A program made the position numbers and the translations under genes. Below the pieces are notes generated by a model, which did not search any database, had not been told where the DNA came from, and saw only the letters and a program-made list of their open reading frames with translations. From Bacteroidales bacterium (GTDB lineage: Bacteria; Bacteroidota; Bacteroidia; Bacteroidales; WCHB1-69): a DNA stretch of 61,123 nucleotides. Where the stretch lies: positions 1 to 61,123 of the forward strand of contig JAITUN010000325.1 of the NCBI GenBank assembly GCA_031286285.1, in the 5' to 3' direction. Shown one piece after another: positions 28,606-39,608 of this stretch (position 1 is the stretch's first letter; each line of letters starts with the position of its first letter).

Positions 28606-30120
28606 TTATTTATCCAATATCAATACTTCTGTCCGTCTGTTTTTTGCTCGGTTTTCTTCTGTATCATTTGGAACAATAGGCTTTTCTTTGCCGTAGCCGT
28701 TGTAAGACAAACGATTGAAATCAATACCATTGTCAATTAAATAGTGATAGACTGTTTTGGCACGCTCAATAGAAAGATTATGATTGTATGATTCCGATCC
28801 TTGATTATCAGTGTGTCCAATGACCTCAATTCTAATCGTTTCAAATTTATGAAGATAGTCTAATAAACGTTGTAATTCTGAAAAGGAATCGGGCAATAAA
28901 TTCGATTGGGCAAATTCAAAATAAATGTTGGGAAGAATAAAAGTTTCACCGACTACTAAAGTTTCTAATAGGTCCACAGAAAACGTATCAATGGAGTTGT
29001 AATTTGAAATATATTCATTTTCAACACTATACAATACTGATTCGGGTCGTAGTGTTTCATCTAGTTCAAAACAATAGATATCTAAACCTCCAAATCCTCC
29101 GGATCTGTCAGAAGCAAAATAGGCCACATTGCCTTGTGCATTTATAAAAATCCCAGATTCATCTTTATACGAATTAATAGGATAACCTAAATTAACAGGC
29201 TTACTCCATGTACTATCGGATTGTAACTTAGAATAGAACAGGTCTTTTCCGCCCATTCCCAAATGTCCATCTGATGAAAAGTAGAGTGTTTTTTGATCAA
29301 AATGAATAAAAGGAGAAAGCTCATCATATTGAGTATTGATGACGTTACCAAGATTTTCGGGTTTAGAAAAAACACCTTCTGAGATCATTTCTGTTTTCCA
29401 AATATCCATGCCTCCATAACCACCGGGACGGTTTGATGTAAAGTAAATGGTTTTGTTGTCTGCTGACATAGAAGGTTGTGATTCCCAATATTTTGTGTTT
29501 ACATTAGGCCCACAGTTTTTTGGTTTTGACCAACCATTTTTTTCCCGCTTCGACCAGTAAATATCACAACTGCCGTATCCTGTTGATAAATTACAAATTG
29601 TAAAAAACAGATATTTTCCATCCGGTGAGATAGATTGTGCACCCTCATTATTTCCTGTATTAATAGGTTTATTCAAACTTGACCTTGGCTGCCACACTCC
29701 AAATTGTTGGAAACTGCTGTAAATATCCTCTTCATGTGTACAATTTTTGCATACTGTTTTTTCATCACGTGGTCGGCGCACAGTAAACAACATCTCTTTA
29801 CTATCACCGGTCAGAGAGGGGTGATACTCATCCCAATTCGAATTAACATTTTCCCCTAAATTAATAGGAATTATGTTCCCTGCATTTTGCATCGCATCAA
29901 TCCCAAACTTACATTGTTCAATTTTCCATTGTAAAAAAGAATGGTATTTTAAATCAACTTTAGCTATACATTTTTCAAAAATGGGCAATGCACTTGCATA
30001 TTTATGTTGTGCCATTTCTTTTTCTGCTTTAGCTACAATTTTTTGAATTTTTTTTGGTAGTTGGGCAAAAAGTAATCCTTGTAAAATGAACAAGAAAAAA
30101 AACAGACTAAACAATTTCAT
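28606..30120 (-). CDS. TPR/PD40 beta-propeller/OmpA-like peptidoglycan-binding protein (PorE-like)
   Basis: Repeated N-G..INT...E..P...DG..LYF.S.R.GG.GG.DI units; C-terminal NIYF...GHTD..G...N..LS..RA..V...GYG...P...N...RA.NRR.E. Confidence 0.85.
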   Translation of the reverse strand: MKLFSLFFFLFILQGLLFAQLPKKIQKIVAKAEKEMAQHKYASALPIFEKCIAKVDLKYHSFLQWKIEQCKFGIDAMQNAGNIIPINLGENVNSNWDEYHPSLTGDSKEMLFTVRRPRDEKTVCKNCTHEEDIYSSFQQFGVWQPRSSLNKPINTGNNEGAQSISPDGKYLFFTICNLSTGYGSCDIYWSKREKNGWSKPKNCGPNVNTKYWESQPSMSADNKTIYFTSNRPGGYGGMDIWKTEMISEGVFSKPENLGNVINTQYDELSPFIHFDQKTLYFSSDGHLGMGGKDLFYSKLQSDSTWSKPVNLGYPINSYKDESGIFINAQGNVAYFASDRSGGFGGLDIYCFELDETLRPESVLYSVENEYISNYNSIDTFSVDLLETLVVGETFILPNIYFEFAQSNLLPDSFSELQRLLDYLHKFETIRIEVIGHTDNQGSESYNHNLSIERAKTVYHYLIDNGIDFNRLSYNGYGKEKPIVPNDTEENRAKNRRTEVLILDK

Positions 30121-30680
30121 GATAAAATAGTATTAATCACCTTTGGATACAATTCATATTCAATGGCATGTATTTTCTGTTCTATTTCTGCCAAGGTTTC
30201 TTTTCCTTCCACTTTAAAACACTCCTGTGCAATAATTGTTCCTGTATCCACTCCTTCATCCACAAAGTGGACAGTTACCCCAAATACTTTTACGCCATAT
30301 TGAAAGGCTTGTTGAATGGCGTTTTTTCCTGGGAATGCAGGCAATAAAGCAGGATGGATATTAATAATACGGTTGCGAAATTGATTGAGCAAAACATCAC
30401 CAATTAAACGCATGTAACCTGCCAACACCAAAAGAGAAACATTTTTTTCAATCAAAACAGAGGCAATCTCTTTTTCGTACTCTTCTTTAGAGGCATAATT
30501 TTTTGGAACAAATGAAAAGACGGGGATATTGTGGTTTTTAGCACGTTTGGTTGCAAAACAGTCAGGTTTGTCAGTAACCAATATCTCAATTTCCACATTC
30601 AGTTTTCCTTGTTCTGTTTCATCAATAATTGCTTGGAAATTAGAGCCGTTACCAGAAGCAAAAATAGCTATTTTATTCAT
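30117..30680 (-). CDS. purN: Phosphoribosylglycinamide formyltransferase
   Basis: FASGNGSNFQA, LAGYMR, INIHPALLP.FPG, GVTVHFVD.GVDTG.II.Q. Confidence 0.97.
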   Translation of the reverse strand: MNKIAIFASGNGSNFQAIIDETEQGKLNVEIEILVTDKPDCFATKRAKNHNIPVFSFVPKNYASKEEYEKEIASVLIEKNVSLLVLAGYMRLIGDVLLNQFRNRIINIHPALLPAFPGKNAIQQAFQYGVKVFGVTVHFVDEGVDTGTIIAQECFKVEGKETLAEIEQKIHAIEYELYPKVINTILS

Positions 30681-30718
30681 TATTAATTTTTTCTAGTGAC
30701 AGATGTTTTTTAACATTA

Positions 30719-31750
30719 TTATTCAATAATTACATTAACGTCACTTTTTTCAATTATTTTTCCAATCTCAAACACTTTTTCTCCACAATTATTTAAAATA
30801 TTAATAGTTTCAACAGCATCATTAGGTTTAACAACAACGATCATTCCAATTCCCATATTAAAAATGTTAAACATTTCCCTATGAGGAATCTTTCCCCATT
30901 TTTCAAGGAAGTTGAAGATAGGTTTTTTTTCCCAACTATTCTCCACAATTTTTACACTTTGATTTTCTTTTAAGATACGCGGAATATTTTCATCAAATCC
31001 GCCTCCGGTAATGTGGCAAATTGCATGAACATCAATAGTATTCAATAGTTCAAGCACAGGTTTTACATAAATTTTTGTAGGAGTAAGTAACACTTCACCT
31101 AACTTTCCACTAAGTTCTTCAAAATGCTGATACAAGTTAAAGTTATGGTCTTTCATAACAATTTTTCGTACTAAAGAGAATCCGTTTGAGTGTACACCTG
31201 AAGACTGTATTCCAATAAGTTTATCTCCAACATTTACTTTTGAGCCATCAATCAATTTTGATTTTTCTACTGCCCCTACAGCGAATCCTGCAATATCATA
31301 TTCATCCTCCTTATACATATCCGGCATTTCAGCTGTTTCTCCTCCAATAAGAGCGCAATTTGCCATTACGCATCCATCAGCAACACCTTTAACAATTTGT
31401 TCTATTTGAGCCGGATTGTTTTTACCTACTGCTACATAATCTAGAAAAAATAGGGGTTGAGCTCCATGTGCAAGAATATCGTTCACGCACATAGCAACCA
31501 CATCTTGTCCAATAGTGTCATGTTTATTAAGCCAAAATGCCAATTTCAGTTTTGTACCCACTCCGTCTGTACCACTAACCAACACAGGTTCTTTCATAGC
31601 AAGCAAGGATAGGTCAAACATACCTCCAAAACTGCCAATACTACCCATCATGCCGAGACGTTTCGTTTTTGCAATATGTTTCTTTATTCTGCGAACAGAT
31701 TCATAGCCCGCTTCCAATGAAACCCCGGATTGTTCGTAGCTCAAAGCCAT
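30719..31750 (-). CDS. purM: Phosphoribosylformylglycinamidine cyclo-ligase (AIR synthase)
   Basis: [51 protein letters not shown]. Confidence 0.97.
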   Translation of the reverse strand: MALSYEQSGVSLEAGYESVRRIKKHIAKTKRLGMMGSIGSFGGMFDLSLLAMKEPVLVSGTDGVGTKLKLAFWLNKHDTIGQDVVAMCVNDILAHGAQPLFFLDYVAVGKNNPAQIEQIVKGVADGCVMANCALIGGETAEMPDMYKEDEYDIAGFAVGAVEKSKLIDGSKVNVGDKLIGIQSSGVHSNGFSLVRKIVMKDHNFNLYQHFEELSGKLGEVLLTPTKIYVKPVLELLNTIDVHAICHITGGGFDENIPRILKENQSVKIVENSWEKKPIFNFLEKWGKIPHREMFNIFNMGIGMIVVVKPNDAVETINILNNCGEKVFEIGKIIEKSDVNVIIE

Positions 31751-31761
31751 AAAAAATTAGA

Positions 31762-34365
31762 TTATTCTTTTACTAATTTCTTATAAATATTTCCTTTGTA
31801 GGTTTGAATAGTCATTATATAGATTCCAGCTTCTAAGTTCGAAATATCAATGCTCATTTTTTCATCCTGATTATTGCTTATAAGTACATAACTCTGTTTT
31901 TTTCCATAAACATCAAAAATCTCAATATTACTAATTTTAACCTCGTCACTCATCACTTGGAATTTTCCTGTAGTTGGATTGGGAAATATCGTTATATTTT
32001 TATTATTATCAATTTCGTCAATTCCCAAAACGGTTCCATGAACATCTATTTCATTATAAGCTTCTGTGGCTTTAAAAGTAATTTTTCCATCAACAGGCAT
32101 CCAACTTCCCAAAGGTGGATTAAATCGGGCGTAGATTGTTGCAGGAAGTTGAGATTTGCTTAAAGAAAATGCTTGATACCAATTCTTTCCATTAAGAGAA
32201 ATCTCAATTTTAGTAGGAGCAGCGATAGCAATATTAGAAGGTACATCTGAAGAAGAAACTAAAATTTCAACAATATCTGAGGAGGTTCCTCCGAAGGCTT
32301 CAAAGAATATCTCATAAGGAGAAAGGTCAATATTGAACTGTCCACCTATTTTGAAAGAGGCATCAATAGTATGAGGTTCTAAAACATTTTTAAAAGTATA
32401 AGACTTAATTATTCCCAAATCATCTCCATCTACATTAACATTAACAATACTACATCCATTGTCTGCATTTATATCAAATGTTTGAATCCCTCCATGAATT
32501 ACATTTACATTATCATCGGGTGTTATTCTTCCATTTTCACCTGCAGTAACCTTAATTGGGAAAGTATTAAATTCTATGCCCTCAATTCTAACAATTTGGT
32601 CGGCTTGAATATTATTTATGGTATAGGTGTTTTCTGAAGGAGTAATGGGAATATTATTGGCAGTAACTACGAAATTTGATTTGTCATGAGACGGAAGCAA
32701 ATCTACTTTGAACGAAAAACTACCTCCTGTATTAACGGGCGATGTTGATTCTGAAGTAACTAAACATCCGTAATATGCGGGGAGGAATACATGATAGTTT
32801 GATTTAGAGCCACCACCCATAAAATCAAAAGTAATATAATCTCCCTGAACAGAAATATTTGAAATAGGTTTATTGGTAGGCACTCCGCCCCAAGAGATCA
32901 TAGCAGGAATGCTTGTGTTCTTGAAAGATGTATTATTTCCGTTTCCGGGCCAAGGGCAAGAGCCAGAATTAATATTTCCGTATTGTTTTTGTTTATCAAC
33001 ACCAGCTTCAGGAACAGCCACCGGCGCATTAGCGGAGACAGGATAAAAACGCTGCCAACTGGTAGTATTTCCACTAGAGTTATAATTTTCAGTACAGCGA
33101 TAGATTAAAAGATTTTGTCCAGGAATGTAAGCATCAAATCCTGCTTTAGTTCTATTTTCTAGTATAAAATATTGTTCTGAACAACCCGGGTCAGAATGAG
33201 GAACATTGATTCTATAAAATGCATTTTTGTAAATTCTTGAAAGAGGAACGGTTACTGTTTGCGGAGTATTTAATTCTATTACAGTAGCCCAATCATAAGT
33301 ATATACTTTAGAACGTGGATTGGGGTGGGCGGGAGTTGATCCTCCATCATTATGAGCACCGCTGGCTTGCAAATCCCAATATCCCGTTCCTTCATATTGA
33401 CCACCAATTGCATAATTAGTATCATAGTAATCTGGAGCACCTAATGCATGGCCAAATTCATGGCAAGGTGTTCCGATACCACTAATTAAATTTCCGTTTG
33501 TACCTTTAAGTTCTGATGAGCATGAATATTTTTGAACAATATATCCACCATAAGGAAAATTAAAGTTGGATTGATTATGCGCCCAAATACAATTATTACA
33601 TCCATTTGATTGATCATATCCAGCGTAAATAGCATAAAAACTAGGTATGATATTTCCGTTTGCAAATGGAGCCAAATCAACACCGGCATCAACAACTGCC
33701 TCGAACGCTTCCCTTGCAAAAAGTGTCCATCTTGCATCCGGAGTATAGTAGGAAGCATTGTTTTTGGTAAAATAAGGACCTGTTATTGTGGATGTAATAG
33801 TTAATGTATTGTAGGATGCTTCCAAAAAGTAATCTTTTAAACTTCCATTAAATCCGGTTTCATAATAATGAACTTGGTTAAAAAGCATTTCAAAATCTTC
33901 AACCGATCTTTTGTAAGTTCTGTCCGGAAATTCCATAAGTATAACTAATAATTTTCGTTCTCCTTTTGTTTCAACAACCCCTTTTGAAGATTCAATTTCG
34001 TATATTTCACGGAGTTGCATATATTGGTAAACTTGCTTGTCGCTATAAAACAAATTAATGTTTACATTTTGTAACCATGCATTAACTTCGGTGGAACGGT
34101 TAGAAATTTCTGTAGCAAAATAATCTGATGGTTCCATATCTCCTGATTCGTTAAGTTGTGCATAGCAAAAATAGCGATCGGAATTAAGAAGTAATGTGTA
34201 TCCGTCTAATGTAACAGCCCAATTGATAAATTCGTCTCCTTTCATAATGAGCGTGAGTTCCTCACCATTAGGCTGCGTAACTGTTACAGGATATGGATAA
34301 GCAGGAACGGCAAAAGTTTGTAAACAAACCGTTGAAATAAATAATAAAAATAAAAGTTTTTTCAT
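31762..34365 (-). CDS. M6 (immune inhibitor A-like) metalloprotease with T9SS type A CTD
   Basis: Signal + AVPAYP...QPNG...GDE prodomain; IWAH; CHEFGHALGAPDYYD; W-LQASG; CTD IFPNPT...IFD.YGK...GIY...KKLVKE. Confidence 0.9.
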   Translation of the reverse strand: MKKLLFLLFISTVCLQTFAVPAYPYPVTVTQPNGEELTLIMKGDEFINWAVTLDGYTLLLNSDRYFCYAQLNESGDMEPSDYFATEISNRSTEVNAWLQNVNINLFYSDKQVYQYMQLREIYEIESSKGVVETKGERKLLVILMEFPDRTYKRSVEDFEMLFNQVHYYETGFNGSLKDYFLEASYNTLTITSTITGPYFTKNNASYYTPDARWTLFAREAFEAVVDAGVDLAPFANGNIIPSFYAIYAGYDQSNGCNNCIWAHNQSNFNFPYGGYIVQKYSCSSELKGTNGNLISGIGTPCHEFGHALGAPDYYDTNYAIGGQYEGTGYWDLQASGAHNDGGSTPAHPNPRSKVYTYDWATVIELNTPQTVTVPLSRIYKNAFYRINVPHSDPGCSEQYFILENRTKAGFDAYIPGQNLLIYRCTENYNSSGNTTSWQRFYPVSANAPVAVPEAGVDKQKQYGNINSGSCPWPGNGNNTSFKNTSIPAMISWGGVPTNKPISNISVQGDYITFDFMGGGSKSNYHVFLPAYYGCLVTSESTSPVNTGGSFSFKVDLLPSHDKSNFVVTANNIPITPSENTYTINNIQADQIVRIEGIEFNTFPIKVTAGENGRITPDDNVNVIHGGIQTFDINADNGCSIVNVNVDGDDLGIIKSYTFKNVLEPHTIDASFKIGGQFNIDLSPYEIFFEAFGGTSSDIVEILVSSSDVPSNIAIAAPTKIEISLNGKNWYQAFSLSKSQLPATIYARFNPPLGSWMPVDGKITFKATEAYNEIDVHGTVLGIDEIDNNKNITIFPNPTTGKFQVMSDEVKISNIEIFDVYGKKQSYVLISNNQDEKMSIDISNLEAGIYIMTIQTYKGNIYKKLVKE

Positions 34366-34389
34366 TTTTGTAAATTTTAATTGTGAATA

Positions 34390-37002
34390 TTAAGATTTGA
34401 TAATTTTTTTATATACTATTCCCGAAGATGTTTGAATTACTAAGATATATATCCCTGTTGATAATTTCGAAATATCAATAACCGTTTGTGGTGATCCGCA
34501 AGGTAAATCAGATATCACTTTTCTACCGTAGATGTCAAAAATATTCATATTACTAATTTTCAATTGTCCACTGGTTTCTGAACATGCCGAATCATAAATT
34601 GTCAATTTTCCTGTTGTAGGATTAGGATAAACATCAATGGCAGAAGTTCTGTTTTCATCTATTTGTAGAATAATATTTCCAATTAAGACAATTTCTGCGT
34701 AAGCATCAGTGGCGCAAAGGGTAATTTTTCCTAACTCATTTTCAAGTTCATCTTCACCCGGACAATATCTAATATACAATTTGTAAGGAAGTTGCGCTTT
34801 ACTTATAATAAAGGATTTATACCATTTAGTTCCATTATTAGATATTTCAAATTTATTGGGTGCTGTAACATGAATATTACTTTCTATTTTAGTTGAAGAG
34901 ATCGTAGTTAATTGCTCTTTTGAATTAACTCCCGGGGGAGAATTAAATTCCAATATGTGAGGTGAAACAGAAATAGAATATTTGTCTCCATATTTAAAAC
35001 GAGCAGAAATAGCGTGAGGTTCGGAAACATTTTTAAAAACATAATGACTCATTGGGCCAACAGGAATTCCATCTACAAAAACATTTTCAATACTAAAACC
35101 TATATTGGGAGTAACATCAAAATGCTGAATATTTCCTACAGGTACAGCCACTGTTCCACTTGGAGAAATTATTCCGTTTGGTCCTGCATTAGTAGTGATA
35201 TTTATTGTATTATACTGCAACCCTTCAATGGTTATGATTATATCTGATTGTATATTAGAAATTGTATAAATATTGTTAGAAGGAGAAATAATTTCACCAT
35301 TTGATTTTACGATTAGGTTTGATTGGTTGTGAGAAGGAAGTAGGGAGATACTAAATTCAAAATTTTCACCGGAAGCTACCGGAGAAACCGAGTTAGATTC
35401 AGGAATAATTTTACATCCATAGTAGTTAGGAATGAAAACGAAATAATTATCTTTTGGACCTCCTCCAAGAATATCAAAAGAGATAAAACCTTGATTAACG
35501 ATAATATTTGTGATGGGTAATTCCGTAGGTTGTCTGTTCCAGGATATCATTGCGGGAATTGTATTATCTGTAAAATCAATTTTACCAGTATAACCGGGCC
35601 AGCTACACAGAGGGGAATTAATGGAACCGTAATCTGTCTGGCAATTTGTCCCTGAATTCGGAAGATCAACGGGTGAATTAGCGGCAACAGGGTAAAATTT
35701 CTGCGGGCTTGTTGTGTTCATACCACTCATGTTAGCGGCACAATGATAAATGAGCATGTTTACACTCGGAATATAATCATCAAATCCGCCTCTAATTTTA
35801 TTTTCGAGAATATAATACTCGTTAGGTGTTTTTGTATTAATTCTATAATAAGCATTATCGTAAATACGGGCTGACGGAATTGTAACTGTTTGGGCGCTAT
35901 TTAATTCCAATGCTTCTGCCCATCCGTAAGTATATACTTTTGAGCGTGGGTTTGGGGGCGCCGGTGTTCTTCCGTTATCATTCCAGCTACCACTTGCTTG
36001 CAAATCCCAATACCCTGTTCCTGAATATGAGCCGTTTTCTCCGTAGTCAGTATCATAATAATCTGGCGCACCTAAGGAATGGCCAAATTCATGACAAATC
36101 ACACCAATCCAAGTGATATTGGTACCACTGCCACCTTGCAACTCCGGAGAACAAGCATAAGAGGATACCTTCACTCCATCAAAATAAAGAGGGTCAATAT
36201 TCCAGGCGTGAGACCAAATACAATTGGCACCTCCTCCGGCTTCTTCACCATAGCCAGCAAAAATCATATAAAAACTGGGAACTTCTCCATTATCAGTAAA
36301 ATCTGAAAAATTGACTCCGCTGTTATGAGCCGCATAAACCGCTTCGGTAGCAAGTTCCCTTGCAGGCAAAAAACCATTCCCATAATATGCCCACTTGTTC
36401 TTTGCAGTGAATGGACCTACTACTGTAGTTTGAACATCCAATTTGTTATATGAAGACTCAAGAAAAAAATCTTTCACACTCCCATTAGCTCCATACTCTG
36501 TATATTTAACCTGATTAAACATATTATTAAAATCCTCCTGAGTTTTAATAAAAGGCTTGTCGGGAAATTGCATTAAAATGGTTAATAATTTTCTTTCGCC
36601 GATGGTATTACCTCTACTTCCTTTGCTTTCATTTTCTACCATACTGCGAATTTGTTGATAAACAGACATTTGACAGCTGCTATATCGCAGATTTTTCGAG
36701 GTTTGTGATAACAGGTTGTTAGCTTCTGCACTTCTATTTGATATCTCTTCTGCATAAAAAATAGAAGGTTCAAGGTTTCCTTCTAAATTCTTTTGAGCAT
36801 AACAAAAATACCCTTCTGCATTATACAAAAGAGTATATCCATCTAACGTAAGTGCGAATTTAACAAATTCATCGCCTTGCATAATTATCGTAACTTGCTC
36901 ACCATTAGGTTGTGTAAAAACTATGGGATAGGGATATGCAGGAACTGAAAATGACTTGATAAAAAAGATAACTGAAAAAAAGATAAAGAAAGTTTGTTTC
37001 AT
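34390..37002 (-). CDS. M6 metalloprotease paralogue with T9SS type A CTD
   Basis: Same architecture: IWSH, ICHEFGHSLGAPDYYD, WDLQASGSWN, CTD VYPNPT...KKIIK; -7 box at 37022-37029. Confidence 0.9.
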   Translation of the reverse strand: MKQTFFIFFSVIFFIKSFSVPAYPYPIVFTQPNGEQVTIIMQGDEFVKFALTLDGYTLLYNAEGYFCYAQKNLEGNLEPSIFYAEEISNRSAEANNLLSQTSKNLRYSSCQMSVYQQIRSMVENESKGSRGNTIGERKLLTILMQFPDKPFIKTQEDFNNMFNQVKYTEYGANGSVKDFFLESSYNKLDVQTTVVGPFTAKNKWAYYGNGFLPARELATEAVYAAHNSGVNFSDFTDNGEVPSFYMIFAGYGEEAGGGANCIWSHAWNIDPLYFDGVKVSSYACSPELQGGSGTNITWIGVICHEFGHSLGAPDYYDTDYGENGSYSGTGYWDLQASGSWNDNGRTPAPPNPRSKVYTYGWAEALELNSAQTVTIPSARIYDNAYYRINTKTPNEYYILENKIRGGFDDYIPSVNMLIYHCAANMSGMNTTSPQKFYPVAANSPVDLPNSGTNCQTDYGSINSPLCSWPGYTGKIDFTDNTIPAMISWNRQPTELPITNIIVNQGFISFDILGGGPKDNYFVFIPNYYGCKIIPESNSVSPVASGENFEFSISLLPSHNQSNLIVKSNGEIISPSNNIYTISNIQSDIIITIEGLQYNTINITTNAGPNGIISPSGTVAVPVGNIQHFDVTPNIGFSIENVFVDGIPVGPMSHYVFKNVSEPHAISARFKYGDKYSISVSPHILEFNSPPGVNSKEQLTTISSTKIESNIHVTAPNKFEISNNGTKWYKSFIISKAQLPYKLYIRYCPGEDELENELGKITLCATDAYAEIVLIGNIILQIDENRTSAIDVYPNPTTGKLTIYDSACSETSGQLKISNMNIFDIYGRKVISDLPCGSPQTVIDISKLSTGIYILVIQTSSGIVYKKIIKS

Positions 37003-37202
37003 AAAGTGAGTTATAAGTTGGCAAAAATATTTTTTTTTTTAATATAGAACATTTTTTTCTACAATAAGCTCACAAATAGCATACTATAGCTTTCAGTTCT
37101 CCGCTTGTAAAGATGATAGTAAAAAGAAAGCGGCTATTTTTATGACAAAAAAAAATGATTGTAAGAAAATTCTGCACAAAAAAACTATTTTTGCTGATTC
37201 TT

Positions 37203-39596
37203 ATGAAAAAACTCATTGCTGTATTTTTTACTCTCTTGATAATCTCATCATTAATTGCCCAAAAGGTTACCCTTTCGGGTATTGTAAAAGATGCAACAAA
37301 CGGGGAAACAATTGCAGGTGCTTATATTATTTTAAAAGATACACTTTCTAAAACTGCACCAACCGGCTCCGTCACAAATAGTTCAGGCTTTTATTCTATC
37401 ACTGTTGAGAAAGGAACTTATCTTTTAAATATTAACTATTTGGGATATAAACAAATTTCCGAATCTATTTCAATTATTTCAAATCAAAAGAAAAATATTG
37501 AAATTGAACCTACTGCAATAGTTACCGATGAAGTAGTAGTAACAGGACAAGCTGCAGATAGAAACGTTACTGCTGTGGAGGTTGGTAAAATGGAGATGAA
37601 AATTGAAACTATTAAAACAATGCCTGCTTTTATGGGCGAGGTAGACGTACTCAAATCTATTCAATTACTCCCCGGAATACAATCAGGTTCTGAAGGAAAC
37701 AGTGGATTCTATGTACGTGGCGGAAATGCCGACCAAAACCTTATCTTGTTAGACGAAACACCTATATATAATCCCGGACATCTCTTCGGTTTTTTCTCCA
37801 TTTTTAATGCCGACGCACTGAAAGGAATTGAAGTCATTAAATCTGGAATGCCTGCAAATTACGGAGGTAGATTAGCATCCATTATTGATGTGTATCAAAA
37901 GGAGGGAAATATGAAAAATTATGAATTTGATGGAGGAATCGGTGTTATTTTTGCACGTTTTACTGTTCAAGGTCCGATAATAAAAAATAAAGCTTCTTTT
38001 ATTGTCTCAGGTAGAAGAACTTATATTGATTGGTTAGTTCAACCTTTTCTTAAAAAAGATTCTCCTTTAAAAGGTGCTAAATTTTATTTCTTTGATTTGA
38101 ATGCTAAATTTAATATTATTATAAATGAAAAACACAGAATCTATATAGGAGGTTATTATGGAAATGATGTTTATGGCTTTAAATCAAAAAATGGAAACAT
38201 TAATTCTGTATTTAAATGGGGAAATGGAGCTGCTTCTGTACGTTGGAATTATATTGTTTCTCCTAAACTGTTTTTGAATACTTCCGGTACTTTTAGTGAC
38301 TATCAATTTGTAACGGAAATGAAACAGGGAGTTTATAATTTTGGAATCTCTTCAGGAGTTAGAGATTATGCATTAAAATCTGAACTTACTTTTTTACCCA
38401 ACCCAAACCATATTACAAAATTTGGAATACACTATATTTTTCACACTTTTTTCCCTTCTGATTATGATATTGAAGCAGGCCAAAACAACAATCTTTCCAT
38501 TCCTAAGTCAAAACCTTTTTATGCCAATGAATTGGCAATTTATGGTAATGATGAATGGAATATTGTAAAATGGCTTAAGATTAGCTACGGGCTCCGTTAT
38601 TCGCACTTTTCACATATTGGAAAATTTAACCGTTTTATCTTGGATGACGATTTGAAAATTATTGATTCTATTGTATATAAATCCGGACAAATTGCCAAAC
38701 AATATAATTACATAGAACCTAGACTATCAGCACGTTTTTTGATTGACACTAATACTTCTATTAAAATTTCTTACACTTTAAACAACCAATATTTACATCA
38801 AATTTCAATGGCAACAGTCTCTTTACCCACTGACGTTTGGATGCCAAGTACTTCTTTTATTAAACCTCAAATTGGCCATCAGGTATCTTTAGGATTATTT
38901 AGAAACTTTTTTAAAAATATGTTTGAAGCCTATATAGATGCCTATTATAAACAAATGAAAAGTTTATCTGAATATCAGGACGGATTAGATTTTTCATTTT
39001 TACAAGTCAACCCTGATCAAATACTTACACAAGGAAAAGGCTATTCTTGGGGAATAGAATTTTTCTTCCAAAAAAATACGGGCTGGTTTACCGGATTTAT
39101 TGGCTATACCCTCTCGTTTACTAAAAGAAATTTCCAAGACCTTAACGGAAAAAATTGGTTTTGGGCAAAATATGACCGCAGACATGATATTTCAGTCAGT
39201 TTGAACTTTGAAGTAATCCGTAACAAACTATCTATTTCGGCAGTATGGGTTTTTGCAAGTGGAAATACTATGACAATACCTATTGGATACTACTTTTTTA
39301 ACGGAAACTTAATTACAGAATATAGTGATAGAAACGCATACCGGATGCCACCCTATCATCGTTTAGATATTTCAATAAATTGGAATATCATTAAACGAAA
39401 ACACTTTGAAACAGGTCTTAATTTCTCAATTTATAATATCTATAACCGTAAAAATCCTTTTTTTCTTTTTTATGAAACAACAACAAATTTCGATATTGAA
39501 GCGCAACCTCCAATATTTGATATGACAACAAAAGCTTACAAAATGAGCTTGTTCCCCATCATTCCTTCAATTAACTGGAACTTTAAAATTAAATAA
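37203..39596 (+). CDS. TonB-dependent receptor (CarboxypepD_reg-like N-terminus, plug, barrel)
   Basis: LSG.VKD..NGE.I.GA, DVLK.IQLLPG, VRGG..DQNL.LLD, HLFGFFS.FN, YHRLD, YN.YNR.N, terminal PSI.WNFK. Start at ATG 37203. Confidence 0.9.
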   Translation: MKKLIAVFFTLLIISSLIAQKVTLSGIVKDATNGETIAGAYIILKDTLSKTAPTGSVTNSSGFYSITVEKGTYLLNINYLGYKQISESISIISNQKKNIEIEPTAIVTDEVVVTGQAADRNVTAVEVGKMEMKIETIKTMPAFMGEVDVLKSIQLLPGIQSGSEGNSGFYVRGGNADQNLILLDETPIYNPGHLFGFFSIFNADALKGIEVIKSGMPANYGGRLASIIDVYQKEGNMKNYEFDGGIGVIFARFTVQGPIIKNKASFIVSGRRTYIDWLVQPFLKKDSPLKGAKFYFFDLNAKFNIIINEKHRIYIGGYYGNDVYGFKSKNGNINSVFKWGNGAASVRWNYIVSPKLFLNTSGTFSDYQFVTEMKQGVYNFGISSGVRDYALKSELTFLPNPNHITKFGIHYIFHTFFPSDYDIEAGQNNNLSIPKSKPFYANELAIYGNDEWNIVKWLKISYGLRYSHFSHIGKFNRFILDDDLKIIDSIVYKSGQIAKQYNYIEPRLSARFLIDTNTSIKISYTLNNQYLHQISMATVSLPTDVWMPSTSFIKPQIGHQVSLGLFRNFFKNMFEAYIDAYYKQMKSLSEYQDGLDFSFLQVNPDQILTQGKGYSWGIEFFFQKNTGWFTGFIGYTLSFTKRNFQDLNGKNWFWAKYDRRHDISVSLNFEVIRNKLSISAVWVFASGNTMTIPIGYYFFNGNLITEYSDRNAYRMPPYHRLDISINWNIIKRKHFETGLNFSIYNIYNRKNPFFLFYETTTNFDIEAQPPIFDMTTKAYKMSLFPIIPSINWNFKIK

Positions 39597-39608
39597 ATAC
39601 TGCAAATT

